The notes under the pieces were generated by a model. The model ran no database searches. It saw only the letters and a program-made list of their open reading frames with translations, and was not told the origin of the DNA. From NCBI RefSeq assembly GCF_036321535.1, contig NC_087437.1, positions 69,256,001 to 69,320,000 on the forward strand: a stretch of 64,000 nucleotides of DNA, given 5' to 3'. The position numbers and the translations under genes were made by a program. Positions 50,876-64,000 of the stretch are shown piece after piece. Every line of letters starts with the position of its first letter. The stretch's first letter is position 1. The DNA comes from Camelus dromedarius. Taxonomy: Eukaryota.

Positions 50876-52139
50876 AAGTCAGGAGGCTAGATCAAGATAC
50901 ACTGAGGTTGAGAAAAGGATCTATGAATGATATCTCACATTTGTAAATCACACTACAAATTATAAACTCAAATGTTGGCCTTGCCTTATTGATTTTTCAG
51001 GAAACCCTGGGAAATGCACTGGTGCATTTGCCCAAGATCTTGTAATTAAATAATGGCTGGGCTGAGATTAGAAACCTGATTTCTTCTTTCCTAGTGGAAT
51101 TTTTTTTTTTCATTTGCCCTTTGAGGTAGACAACACATAGGCACATGGTGTCTTTTCCATATTCACAATTTATTTCCATCACATACACACAGTTGATCTT
51201 CTGTCACCACCATTTGAGAAGTTAAAGTTGACCTCATCTTCTTTTCATGATTCTTAGTTGCTGCTTTTGCAGAGCAAGACCCAGTATTAAAGATGAGTTC
51301 CTTGATGTACTGACTATTAATATCTTGGAGAGATTAGGAGCTTTGTCAGTGTGATATTATTTCCTACATGTATTTAATTATAAAATGTACATTCCACCTG
51401 AACTGCAGAAATGAAATAAATAAAAGAATTAAAGGAGATTACCAAAGATAAATTTTAAATTAACACACTGCTCTGCAGGTCAAGAGAGAAAATATCTTTT
51501 CCTGTACAATTTTTTTGTGAGGGATGTCTTTTTACATGGATGGTGTTACCAAAAAGGGTATGTTTCCAAAGGTGACACACTGTAAGTCTTTCCAGGAATT
51601 TTTTTTTTCCAAACTAGAGTTGCTGTTACATAATGTATTTTGGAAAAAGATTGCTGAGTGACCTTAGAGCTGGGGAAATTTGTAGAGATGTGGAAAAGAG
51701 TAAGAAGAGAGATAAGGAGAAAAACTCCAAAGAACTGTTGCCTGGCAGATTTCTTCATAACAGTGGGAGCTCTGCCAGGTACTTTCATACATTGGCCAAG
51801 GACTATTTTTCCCAAGAAAACTGTAGATTAATGCAGCTCCTGAAGTCTGGTCTGCGAGTGGTTGTGTCTATTTCACAACTGGGGAACTCTGCCAAAGTTT
51901 CAGGTACCCGAGTCTGTCTGAAGCCATGGTGGGCACAGGAAGTTGCAGGAGGACATGAAAGATATCTGAGCTTTACAGCAGGAAAGAAGGAAACCACCAA
52001 AGCTTAGCTGTATATCTGAAATGAGGCTTTGGATAAATCCCTGTCCCCCAATTCCAACCCAGGTCATTTCCTAACCTAATGTTAGCTGTGGCAAACCAAT
52101 GAAGCCAACTCTTATTAGAATGAAAACATTATCAAGACA

Positions 52140-52318
52140 TCATAGAATATGAGGAATTGAAAACACTCCAGGTATCATCTAGGCCAGATCACTTATTTTG
52201 CAGATGAAGATACTGAAACCCAAGGAGGTTAAGCATTTTGCCCAAGGTTAAATAGCTTGTTAGTGCCGTATCTGGGATTGGAGCCCAGATCCCATGACTA
52301 CTGGGCCAGTGCTTTTGG
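52140..52318 (-). mobile_element. MIR3/MIR SINE
   Basis: catagaat...atcatctagg...attttgcagatgaagatactgaaacccaaggaggttaagcattttgcccaaggt...ctgggattggagcccag...ccagtgctttt. Confidence 0.9.
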
Positions 52319-52499
52319 TCAGATTCAATATAGTCTGTCCATATGGTCAAGCCATATGGCAGGGTCCTCAAAGATCTGGTTCTGCCCCCAGAAAATCTAA
52401 ACTGGTCATTGTTTCCTTTTTGGTTTTGTTTCTAATTGACCTACCCCTATATGTCAACCCTAATTAGTAAGGTGCAAGCTTATAATTTAGACCATGTAT

Positions 52500-52890
52500 G
52501 TGCAGAAGAGTAGGTAGGCTAAATTAGGGTAAAGAGGCAGAAAGAAACATGCCCAGCAGGGAGAATGACCTGAGAAAAGACATAAATGTGATAATTTGGC
52601 TGGTGTCCTTAGAGCCAGTGCAAAGACTAACATTTCCCTGTTAAACTAAAGGAACACATCAATGTAGAGACATAGTTCAAGATCAGGATATTTAGAGAGT
52701 CTAGTGAAATTTCAGAGTTTAGGTGGGATTCTGAGTGCAAGGAGAAATCCTGTAGATTTTTGAAGAGAGCAATGGCTTGTCCTAACCATTATCAATTAGA
52801 TTAATGCAATAGCAGCAAATAGGATTGATTATATCAGGAAGAACTTATAGGCACAAAGGCCAAGTAGGAAAACATTTTTATGTCTAGATT
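52500..52890 (-). mobile_element. L2 internal fragment
   Basis: cagcagggagaatgacctgagaaaag...ttctgagtgcaaggagaaatcctgtagatttttgaagagagcaatggc. Confidence 0.55.
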
Positions 52891-53149
52891 ATTTTACATG
52901 TATCTTGGGGAAGATGAAAGGAAATTCTTCAATATACAGGTGCCAGTTTTTGATACCCACTTACTTTTGAATAATGTAGTACAGCACAGTGAAATTTACT
53001 GTTTCCTCCACATCAGTTTAGCAAGGGGCAGTGTACAGGGACATGGTATTTAAGGAAATTGCCACATATGATGTCTCTTTTGAATTAAAATGCACTAACC
53101 CAATTCCTTCTTATGAATGTCACTTTGGGCTGCTTGAACAGAGGCCTTT

Positions 53150-53520
53150 TTGACTGAGAGGAGTTGTACACCCAACCCAAAGGTACCACCTCTAGAGCGC
53201 ATGAGATCCACTGGTACAGAGAACTCTGCACAATAGGGTAATTCATGGCTTGCTAATCAATCAAATAAGTCATTGCTCCTGGTATTTGTCTTAGGAAATA
53301 TGAGAGGATGAACCTGTGGGTAATCAAAAAGGGAAGGTAGAAGAAATCCAAAGCTAGCGAGTAACGGGGCCAGTAACTAGTTCACACAGCTGCCTTGCTT
53401 ATACTGTGATAGACTTTCAGCTCCTGTTTAGCTTCAAGGTACACATCTTTACAGTAAATCCTCTTTTCTTAAGGTAGCCTCGATGAGTCTCCATTCTTTG
53501 CAGCCAATTGATAAGGATAC
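53150..53520 (+). mobile_element. Old MLT1-family LTR (L/M-like)
   Basis: actttcagctcctg...catctttacagtaaatcctcttttcttaaggtagcctcgatgagtctccattctttgcagccaa matches the MLT1 3' end pattern. Confidence 0.6.
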
Positions 53521-53899
53521 TAAGCTAATTCTTACATCACCAAGTTGACAATTAAAAATTTAATAAGTGAGATTTCTGTTGGAGACAGTGGAATAAGATT
53601 TCCACTAGAGTGAGCCACCACATGACCACTAGACAGTGTATTTGACTTACAGGAAATTATCATTGAGCTACTCTGAGCTCAAAAAAGTCAAACAGATGCT
53701 GTCGCTGGGCCTGCAGTAGGGAAATAGCATATATAAAAGGAACAGAGAGGAAAGTAAGGAGAAACTGATCACAGAGTCAATGGATCGTCTGCAACCTTTC
53801 TGTATCGTTTGGCTGTTGACCTAACTGACCATTTTCCTAAGTGAGTTGTGACAAACTAGGGCATCCTATAAATGTTTGCAGGTGTTCCATTTTCCTGAA

Positions 53900-54125
53900 A
53901 AAAAAATCTATTCTAAGTTAAATACAGATAGGAATTTTGGTTTAAACGGCTTAACCAAATTAAATAGGTTTTGGGAAAGTGAGACTTTTCAGAGACTTTT
54001 AGGTGTTCATTGTGAATATCTAAAAAAATGGTGCAATGTGCAGTGATTTTCAAATATTTGGCAGTGGAAATCCCTAATCTAAATTTTTGAGAACTGTTTA
54101 TTTATATCTCAGGGGAACGCCAGTT
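53900..54125. mobile_element. Possible hAT-Charlie-type DNA transposon fragment
   Basis: tgagacttttcagagacttttaggtgttcattgtgaatatct...tgcagtgattttcaaatatttggcagtggaaatccc. Confidence 0.4.
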
Positions 54126-57100
54126 GATTTGTTCCTGTCTCTTGTAAATTGGGCTGTTGTCTTTTGTGTTAGGCCTTCTCTAATTTGCTGTAGATGCTAC
54201 TGATTGTTTCTTTCATGGAATTTTATAAAAACAGATAAACAAACAAAAAAACCTCAGGGTTCTATAAGTTTAGTTTCCATCTCTAAGCATGCTCTGTATT
54301 TTAGAGTAAATCGTTTCAAGCCAACCTATAAGCCCATGGGATTCAAAACTGGAAAAGCACAGGTCTCTTTTTACTATGTGGGAAATGCCTTAAACTTTTA
54401 TAGAAAATTGAACTTAACTCCACTTCATTTATTCTCAGATGAATTGAACTACTATTTGTTTGTTTGTCTCTTCTTGGTCTTGACATGTCTTAAATACTAG
54501 GGTGGTTCATGTGAAAGCCCAGTTCTTGTTTGAGGTCCACTTATGAAAAATATTCTACCAGGTAATTGGGGAGCAAAATAAATTTCTCACTGCCTTACAC
54601 CAAGAAAATGAATAGTGCTGTGTGGAAGACCCAAGAGATCAGAGCGGGTTGAAAAAAAAAATTCAGCTGGTATATGTATGGGGAAGTTGGCGAATTGAAA
54701 CTCTCAGTATTTTTAGAGCCTCATCACAAGAAAACCTTCAGACTTTGTGAGAGAACACCAAAACGGAGAACTGTTTTCAATTGGCTTTTTAAAGTTTAGA
54801 GAATTAGAAATTTCTTGAGCCTGTAGTCTCCAGGTCCCCAGTGAGGAATCAGCAATATGAGACTAACCCCATGTGCACCAATTAATACATATTTTAATTC
54901 CCTGCTTGTAATGGTCATGGTGGGGAAGAGGGCACAGGATGAATGGCACTTCCGCCATTTTTCCAACAACTGAACTGTACTGCCCACATTTCAGCATGCC
55001 TCCTCCCACCTGTCTTTTCTTTGGGGAATCCATGCAGAGAGAGATCAGGAGAAGCAGCAGGTGAAAGGGGGCAGGATGATAGAGATGGCGCTCAATAGTG
55101 GTTTTCATCCACCCCCAAGAGGGCATCGTATGCCCCCTCCCCCATGTGCCTTCGTTGGCATTTTTGTCCTACTCCTTTCCCCATTCCCTCTACCTCGTAC
55201 AGACAACATCACCAAAGACACCAGGATTATAAACTCCACCTCCTTTCCCTAAAATAAAGAAAAGAAACATACCCTGCCCTTTTTTCATATGGCCATAGTC
55301 TCCTACATAATTTTCTCCCGTCTCTCTTCTGGGGAGGCAGCACTGTCTGTTCACTTCCAAAGTCAAAGTTATTAGAAATGAAGAGGAGGCATCACAATTC
55401 CCGAGTCTAAGCTAGCTGGTTTGGAATTATATAAAGTCTGAGGCTTGTGCAGGGTTCTTTGTCAGGGAAGCTGCCTATTAATGCTTGTGGCTGAGGGCAA
55501 ACTAAGAGCTCTATAAGAGCAGGTGGGAAAACCTGCATCGTGGGGTTAGTGATAGGAGCAGGAATTGATGAGATGGGAGGTAGGACTCTGGGACATGCTG
55601 ATGATGAGAATGGTGAAGTTAGATAAATGGCCATTGCTTTCCATTCCCATCTTCTTCATCTGATAAGGAAAGTGTTTTAAAATTTCTCCCCTCTCCAACA
55701 TTCTTTTCTTTTCAGGTTCATTTTTCTATTGAAAACAGATTTTGCTTTCAAAGTCCTTAGTATTTTAAATCTTTACCTTTTCTGTCTTTGGAAACTGTTA
55801 AATCCGTCAAGCTGCAGGGAGTGATGGAGCCAGATATAATGCATACTGAAAAAAATAAACATTTCACAGGCAGCCTCTCTTCCCCCATGTGCACTAGCAG
55901 ATAGGTACCGTACGAAAGCCTGCTGATTACGCCCTCAACCCACTTTGACAGAGGGATTTGGGTGGATTGTAAATTAAGGCTTCATGCTTGGGAGTGCATC
56001 TTCTCCTATTACAGGGTCATGGTGTGAGAGCTTTAGGTGAGAAAATCATGGAGGTATGCTCAGTACTTCTGACCTCACCTCCAGAATGCAAACAATCCCA
56101 TACCAATGTCTTATCTGCAAAGATGAATTCTGGTGCTCTGCATGTGACACCAGCCCCGCTCTCTGCGCACATGTGTGCAATGTACACACACACACAGAGA
56201 CACATACACATCACCAACCCATAAATGGGTAACTTTTTAAGAACAAATTACACATAAACATTTAAGAAAACATTACAGACTTTGGCCAATTCTGGTTATA
56301 TCTATAAATGACCATTATGAGACAAGCAATGAGAAGCTAGAATGGAACAGTTCATCTTATATCTAGATGGGCATAGATATAAAGGAACAAGGTACTCACA
56401 GCTGGTGAGGACAGTGTCTTTTTATAGACCTTTTAGGCCCCAGCTGCCTTTTGGTTTTTTAACTTTAGGGATGAGAGACATGGTATCAAAGTGGGAAATG
56501 CAGAGCAGGGAAGAGTCTCTGGCATTAATATTCAACATTAGGTTCTTGTACTGATAAAAACTATTTAGATGCTAAACACATTTTTTAAATCCCAGATTCC
56601 TGTTTTTGCATGGGAGAGATGATTTATGTTATTTTTGGTCTAAATAGTTTAAAAATCACTAGTTCTTACTGAAAAATGTGATACTAGTTCCTCTGCTAAT
56701 CAAGGTAAATGAACCATGGTCAGATAGATGGAAAGACAGAACAAAAAATGAAAGGGAAAAAAAAGGGGGACTGAAGGAGGGTGAGTTCGAGGAAGAGCAG
56801 TGATTAAAACCACAGAAGCTTCATCTGAGGACATGAGCCTGAAAGAGAACAGCATCACTCTGAGCCTGAATTACTGTGAGACAGTGCCTTTCCGTCATTT
56901 TTAATGGAATGCTATTAAAGACAAATCTGGAGTAGTGAACCCTTCAGTGCTTTCTTTTAATTTATTTATTTCTGCCGAAGGAAACCCTGTTAACCCCAGT
57001 AGATAATGTATTCAACAGCTTGTATCCATGGCAAGGTTGTTTCCTAAAAATTTTATGGGATAAATTTAGTTCAACATTTGCACATATTTACACATGAGGT

Positions 57101-57589
57101 CTCCATTTCAAGGTCTTTGGCTGAAGTAAGAAAGTCATTCCCAAGGCAGGATGTCTGCCAGGGCTGCTGTATTTTCCATATGCATTGTTCAGCTCCCTGT
57201 TTCCTAGGACACGAAGAGGACATTGCCTCAAATGCCCTTTTCTCCTCTTGGAATTTCAAAGTATGGGCTTGGACTGCTGTGAACCGCATGACACATTCTA
57301 GTTAAGTCCTCTGGGTCATGTCTTAGACCTAGGCTGGCTCCCTTGTAGTCTTTGCCCTCCTTTTTTTAAGCCCCAGAGATGAAGCCTGCTTTCCCTTTTT
57401 CTTTAAAGGAGTTCTGCCTCCTTTCAGCTCTTTTCTCCAAGGAAACTACTCTGGAGTGGCACAGAACCTCTCTAGCTCCCAGATTCCCGTTGGTAGACTC
57501 ACACAAATGCACAAGCACTTTCTCTTTTAAGGGTTTTCCAGCCAGTGTTTGTTAGTATGGGGACGAGAAGGGTAGAAAGAAAGGGGACG

Positions 57590-58120
57590 TTCATTTTTAC
57601 CTTTCATTGACATCGAATGGACACTTACTACACACCCGGTTATTCTAGATGCAGGGAACGCCATGGTGTCACAGCAGTCACTATTTTCAGGACTCTTAGA
57701 TTTTAGTGAGATAAGACAATAAAATCCTCATAATACCAAAAAAAAAAAAATCACCTGGTTTTTATGTATATTCTAGGAAGAAAACTGAAGCAGGGATGGT
57801 GGATATTTTAGGAAGTGTACCCTATTTTTTTAAATACATATTTCTCAGGAGCAGTTACACTAGAGCACAGTTCTAAAATAAGAGGGGATGAACCATGCAG
57901 AAGTCTAGAAGCAAAGCATTCCAGGGAGAAGAAATGGCAACAGCATTGAAAAGCTTGGGTTGCCAGTATACCTAGAAGAAGAAGAATAAAGCTGGTGGCA
58001 AGTGATGATCTCCTCCTGTAAAGCCATCTGTCAGTAAGGTGTTGGGATTTTATTTCATAGGTAATGGGATGGCATTGCAGAAGAGTGACATGAGATAATT
58101 TGCATTTTAAAAAGTACCTT
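57590..58120 (-). mobile_element. L2 3' region
   Basis: ttcattgaca...acttacta...ttctagatgcaggga...agcattccagggagaagaaatggca...gtaaggtgttgggattttatttc...gagtgacatgagataatttgcattttaaaa. Confidence 0.8.
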
Positions 58121-60809
58121 GGTACAATTTAGGGTCAGGAAATTGAAGAGAGTGTCCCAAACCACAGAGCCATTTTGGGGCTGAGCCAACCCTAAAGTTC
58201 AAGCCTAGTGCAGGGATCAGGATTTTGGTCTCAACTTTGAGATCAAAACCTTTACTCTCTTTGTTCCTTCTGGTGTCTCTCTTTGAAAGCAGCTAGATCA
58301 TTCAACCATTTACTAAGCAAAGGTACTTTACTACAGGGTGAGGAATTTGGGGGATATATACTTGTCCTGATTTATTATATTTTCATAATATATGTCATTA
58401 CATGTCTTCAAATAGCATCAATGAGCAGATAATTTGGGATTATGGATGGACTTGATCATTTCAGACATCAGGTATTTGGATTTTAGATAAAGTTGATCAT
58501 TTTAGGGGGATAGTTTGGAAACTATCCTGTGGGTTCTTTGTATTAGGAGTCCATGAGAAAGAAGCGATGCTGCTGATGGGCTGTCTCATATACAGCAGAG
58601 TGACAGCCACCAAGGAATTAAACTCGGTAGTTACCCTTTTTTCAGTACCACCCTAGCAATGCCTTATGCTGGAGTCAAGAATGAAATGCTATAAAAATCT
58701 CACGTGATGCTAAGAAAGAAGATAGGCTGAATTTCTCAGAAATGGTCTATGGGTTCCATGATGTACTAGCCTTGGAGAAAATAAAATTTAATATTAAATT
58801 GTTGAACCAGAAACGTGCAAATGCATTGTTAGCAAATTGTATGCCTTCTAGGTCCTATTGAGTCCTAAGGTATGTATATGTCTCTCCTAGGGGAAAAAGT
58901 TACTTAAAAAAAAAAAAAAGAGGAATCTTTAAACTGATAGCTTTGGAGGATCAATACATATAAAAATGAACATTTTTTTTGGAAGGGGGAATTACAGAAA
59001 TCTGAGTTAAGGGACCAGGTAGTGAATTATTCCACAAGAGGAAATATGATGATAAAGAAGCAATTTCAGGCATGAAACAAATTGGCCTTTCCAGTGATGG
59101 AGCTCTAAAATCAGACTTCCAATCACCCTTTCCTTCTTTATTTTTGGAAAACACCAATAATAAAAATGTCCCATTTTTTTTTTTACCTTTTCACCATATA
59201 TAAAATCACAAGCCTATATAAAAATAAATGTTTTGACTAAGTTAGACCCGTCATAATGAGAAGCAAAAGAAAAACTAGAGAAGACTAAGGAGGGAATGTG
59301 GTCTCCTGTTGGGTAGACTCCTCAGAGCATCACACCCTTTATCTGGACTTTGAAAAAGCAAGTCTCATGAGTTTCATTATAAACCAACCTTATTTTTTGA
59401 TTCCCAGTATTTTTTCTAAATTTATTCCCGGGGATATTTTTTTTCTCTATTCCTGACCAAGACTGCTGGTCACTCAGATAATCCAAAGCCCTAAGGTAAC
59501 TTTAAGTACAAAGCATAGATTTGGTTAAAGATAAACTGTCAATCCCTATTAATTAGTCAACAATTTAATCTTTTTTCAAACATTTCTCCCTCATCTCAAG
59601 ATAGGGTCTATTTCAGTTGGGAAAAAGGGAGTACCAGCTTCTTTTCTCCTCCTTTCCCATTCAGTCAGTATTCTATTCTTTTTTTTCTTTTTTACCTCTT
59701 TATTTGTCTGGGATTGGGCTTTGGGGAGGGAAGAAGAGTAAGGAAAACAAGAAATATCTGACCTTGTGGGTACTGTCATAAGACAGTTTTGCATTCTCTA
59801 ATGCTGGAAAAAGTTTCAGCTAACTCTCTAATGGATACCTTAGAGGATTCTTGGGAGACACTATCCATCTCTGAAAAGTACTCACCTGCAGCTCTTTTGA
59901 CCACACATCCTCCCTTTCTAATGATAATTGACTCTTTTTAAAGCCCTACTAATCAAGTTAAATAACTTCAGTTGTTTTTTGCTTAATTCTACCTTCCTCT
60001 ACAGGTTACCCTATTGAAAAGAACCTAGAAGACCTCATCCTGGCTTTCTGCCATGTGGGTTACATGTTAGTACATAAGGAACACCCAAAGATTCCTGTAA
60101 ATGCTAGACCAAATAATATAAATGACTTCATCTTGGCTCCACTTACAGCCTATCTCTTGCCCCTCTGAATGTTCAGATGAAAGTCAGATGCAAGTCCCCT
60201 GTCACCCCTTACTGCATAAACGCTCCCAGAGAGTCTTGTTGAAACCTCTCTTGGAAAGACTGGGGAGCCATCAATCAGTGGGGAACAGGGATCATAGCAA
60301 AGGTTATTCTGAAGAGTTTCTCTTTTCATATGCTTTAGCTTTCAAACCTTTTATGTTTTGTGTGTGTGTATGTATTTATGTTGGTGAGTGGTTTAAAAGT
60401 CTTCTAGCCTACCACTTTTTTTTTTTTCTGAAATGAAATCCATTTGGTATTTGATATCTCTCTCCACCAAACCTTACATTGTAATATTCTCAACATCTCG
60501 TATAACATGTGGCAGGCTGTATCTTTATTAATATCACCTAGGAAGTTGGCCTTCTTACTGCTTCATTTCTTGAGGAGCCTGGCATATGCTTTAATTTTTA
60601 TCAGCTTAAATTTTTCCAAATACTTGGAAAATATTTATTTTATTTCACCCAATCTACCTGAATAGAGAACCTGAGTATGCATGGTTTTGTTTATAGGCAG
60701 TTTGTCATTGTGGCATAATTTAATAGCTCAGAAGGCCTTTATGCTTTTTAATAACTGTCTTCCTCTACCTTCACCTCTAATAATAACTTATAAGGTTTTT
60801 GAAAGTCCA

Positions 60810-61082
60810 GCATAAGAGAGCATTTGCTTTGAATTAGAGTCAGAAAACCCAAGCTTGAACCACTTCCATTTCCCCGCTCAACACCTGTAAGATTTTTTTG
60901 CCAGTAGTGCAAGATATAACTTCTCTGAATTTTAATTTACTCTTTTGCAAAATGTGGTCAGAAATATCCCTCTTACAAGCTTGTCATATTGATTCAGTAA
61001 AACAATGATTGTTTAAGGGCAATACAAGCGTAAAGTGTTCATCAGCTGTAAATTGTTGTGACTCTACTGCTACTGCTATTGT
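60810..61082 (+). mobile_element. MIR SINE
   Basis: gctttgaattagagtcagaaaacccaagcttgaa...aacttctctgaattttaatttactcttttgcaaaatgtgg...gtaaagtgtt. Confidence 0.65.
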
Positions 61083-62639
61083 TAGACTACCACCATCACT
61101 GCTACTACACTCTTGTGGGAGGAGAGCAGGGAGACGCATCCAGAGATGGCCAGCTGTCAAGGAAGAGCAAATCATTATAGAATATCAATGAGGCCATGGG
61201 AGCCAAAAGCAGGATGAGGGCAATGAGGAGCTTGTTGGAAGAGGGGAAGTAGAAGAGAGATTAAGAAGCCTTGAAATGGAAACTGGCAAGGAGTCCAAAC
61301 CAAACATTTCCATGCGTTTGCTTGAGGTTTGTCTTTCCTGGAAGAAGGGTACTGGCTTCAGTTTAGATCTCAGTGTCAACTGTGAAGTGGGCCAGATATG
61401 TTTGCTTCTCATATTTCCTTCACAGAAATATAATTGCAGTCCCTGAGTTAATAGTAAGTCTTCTGTTTGGCGAATACATAACATATATATATGTATTTAA
61501 CACAACATCCTTGGCTTAGTTACATTCCAGAACATTTTTGTTGTTGTTGTGGTTGTTCTATATTGTCTGAGTAGTGCATAGTTAAAACCCACCTGCCCAC
61601 ATGCCAGAAGATGTAGGTTTTAGGGCCTGGAAGCATACATAAGTACAGATTAAGGACATATGTACAGATTAAGGAACATGGGAACAGACTTCATAGCACA
61701 GCTATGTATGATACAGGTAAGATGTAAACCTCATTCCTGCTAAACTGAAGCCGTTAAGGAAGTAATATCATAACTTCCTAGTTCATAAGGAATAAAGAAA
61801 GAACAATTAGGAGGAAAAAGAATGTTACAGTGACAGACTGATACCAATTAAATAACTTTTAAGAAGAGCTTTATCTCTACCACTGGCTAAAACAACAGAA
61901 TTGTGGGATTTTGTTTTTGTTTCTTGTAAATCCCCAAACTGTAGTTTGTTTCCAGAGGCTGACTCTCCAAGAGATATTTTCGATATTACCTGATATTTTC
62001 CTTCTTGTAAAATTGAGGATGGATGGGAGAAACCAGAGGCAACAGGCTGATTCTCCCCTCTAACCCTTTCTCTCTACATCTCATCCTCTTTCCCTAGTTA
62101 AATCAAACCAAATTGTCACTATTGCAATTAAGTCCTGCTCAGCATGAGCCTAGTCCACTTCCTGAGCATGGAAATGTATCAAACTTATCCCTCACTTTTA
62201 GTAGAGAATGAAGATGCTTTTAAAGACCATCTTGATTTCCTTATAGAAAATACAACAGCAACACATGCATAATCACTTAACTAGCACCCCTTTCCTATAC
62301 AACCCTGAACCTTCTTACTGGCAGTGTCAGAAGATTAATTAATAAGACTGTTAATGTGGAAAAGTATCTTTTCTTTTCAGATTGACACCTTTCAGACATA
62401 AGTATAACCTATGTTTATTGATTAGTACTAAAATATGACATAGACAATGTGGGGAGATACCCAATAGCCACAGAAAATTCAAAGTTCTATGGTGTGGGAA
62501 AAATATGCTCCAAATCACAGTGGTGCTTTAAATGAAATCATCTTCCTCTCAAAAGATGGAGCTAGTATCTTCAGACTTAACAGAGCATCTATCCTACATG
62601 AAGAGAGGGTCCATGGGTCCTTGGAACTGCATTCATGCT

Positions 62640-62790
62640 AAAAATAATAGCAGTAATAGCATTTTATTATTTGTGTGGCATCTTATATTTTACAGCATAG
62701 TTTCATATGCAAGTTTAGTCCTCACAAGAGTCCTGTAAGATAGTGTTATTGCACTTGGTTTTCAAACAGTATTTAATACACACTCTAACT
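62640..62790 (-). mobile_element. MIR fragment
   Basis: tttagtcctcacaagagtcctgtaagatagtgttattgcac. Confidence 0.55.
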
Positions 62791-63789
62791 GACGTGTTGA
62801 ATCTGGCCATTGTATGACTCTTCTGTTTACATTTATAATTACCATGGCTGTCATTCTTTCTCATTGAATTACAAAGTGGGTAATTATCATGAACACTAAA
62901 AGAAATGGACTGTCTCACCAACTTTCCTAACGTACACTTTTCTTTGAAAACAGCAAGATGTCAGCTCATGTGAAGCTTGAAAAATAGATTGTAAGAGTTT
63001 CAAAGGAGGTACAAGACGTCTTCCCCTGCCTCTACTCCACTTCCATGCATCATTGATACCCTTTTTCCTTCTTCAGACCTCCTTAAAAATTCTCCTCAAA
63101 GTCTTTTCAGTCTAACTTCCTCTACTTTTCATTTTCCCTCATTTCAGGAATCCCGTAAGTCTCAGGACTATTTCATTTCAAAGCTGTGACTGCTGGTTTT
63201 TCTTTAATATTGATTCCACCACCTGCATTTTCCTTCCCTCCATTTCCCTTTCCCTTTCTCCTTCCCTTTCATTTCCATTTGTGTGTTCAGGGTCTTTTAG
63301 CTTCTTGAGGATGGAATAATTTATTTTACTTATTAGCCAAGATATTTTGTCAGGAAAAAAAAATTCCCTCCTGGGCTTTTCACAAGAGGCAGCCTATCAT
63401 TCTTATTCCATTCTTTAAATCTGTGCTGAGTGATCTCTTCCCCTGGCTAGAAGGGAATAAACAGAGTCCAGAATCATGAGGGACAGAGACAAGACTTTTG
63501 GCAAGATAGAGGGGCTACAGGATAAGAGCCAGTCACCTAGCAAAGGCTGTCAGTTGCCTCCTCTGGTATGTGAACCACATTCTCAAAATATGTTTATTTC
63601 CAAGTCTATGCAAGTTTGTTTAGAAGCCCCAGCCCCTAAGCATCATCCAGTAACACAGCATTTTAAAAAAAATTCCTGGCCAGCACCATGGAACTGGATG
63701 CCAATACGGGGTCTTTTTTTTCAGTCTATTGAATCCTGACCAACAGCCAAGCTACTGTAGGAAGGGAGAACAATTCGGCACATATAAAT

Positions 63790-63965
63790 TGAAAGTTCCA
63801 GTCACCAAGTCCTGAAAATGCCCCTTCTTTATAGTTTAGTACAGGGACTAAAGCAGAGAACTGAGGCTCGGGAAGTTGGAGCCAGTTCCCTTCGGGACCA
63901 GTTGTTGATCATGTGACCCTGAGATGCTTCCCTTCTCAAAGTCTTCATCTCTAAAGTAAAAATAT
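63790..63965. mobile_element. Two abutting MIR fragments of opposite orientation
   Basis: gagaactgaggctcgggaagtt (antisense core) followed by tgtgaccctg...tcttcatctctaaagt (sense core). Confidence 0.5.
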
Positions 63966-64000
63966 CTGTTCTTTCTTCACTCTGTTGTCATGGTGGAGAA

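Noticed and set aside
51546..52007. 124-aa plus ORF and overlapping minus ORFs
   Set aside because: No known domain, and no poly-A or TSD to suggest a retrocopy
1..64000. CRISPR array, operon, prokaryotic or viral system, miRNA/snoRNA genes
   Set aside because: The DNA is mammalian; I saw no regularly spaced repeat-spacer array, no long ORFs, no internal retroviral genes, and no mature miRNA or snoRNA sequence I could recognise by eye (an Rfam/miRBase scan would be decisive)

Overview
Mammalian (eutherian) non-coding DNA: AT-rich, CpG-depleted and dense in interspersed repeats, as expected for a large intron or gene desert. The lineage is most likely camelid (alpaca/llama/camel). That inference rests on a tRNA-Ala-derived SINE of vic-1 type, cetartiodactyl-type L1 3' ends, and no recognisable Alu, B1/B2, BovB/Bov-A, PRE-1 or carnivore SINEs. 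I could not support any host protein-coding exon, RNA gene or miRNA, and I could not name the locus. The only ORF with a recognisable product is the C-terminus of LINE-1 ORF2p (10196-10600), inside a young 5'-truncated L1 with a 17-bp target-site duplication (TSD). The rest is a fossil record of MIR, L2, CR1/L3, old L1, MLT1 LTRs and hAT MITEs (MER81, MER3, MER5-type), separated by several repeat-free blocks that may be regulatory. The most notable items are an L1 with twin-priming 5'-inversion geometry (45921-46469) and a TATA / hairpin / Kozak ATG / 25-codon / GTAAGT cassette that may be an unannotated alternative first exon (45045-45231). I found no evidence for a novel multi-gene system. 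Repeat families were assigned from memory of consensus sequences, so subfamily names and old-repeat boundaries are approximate.
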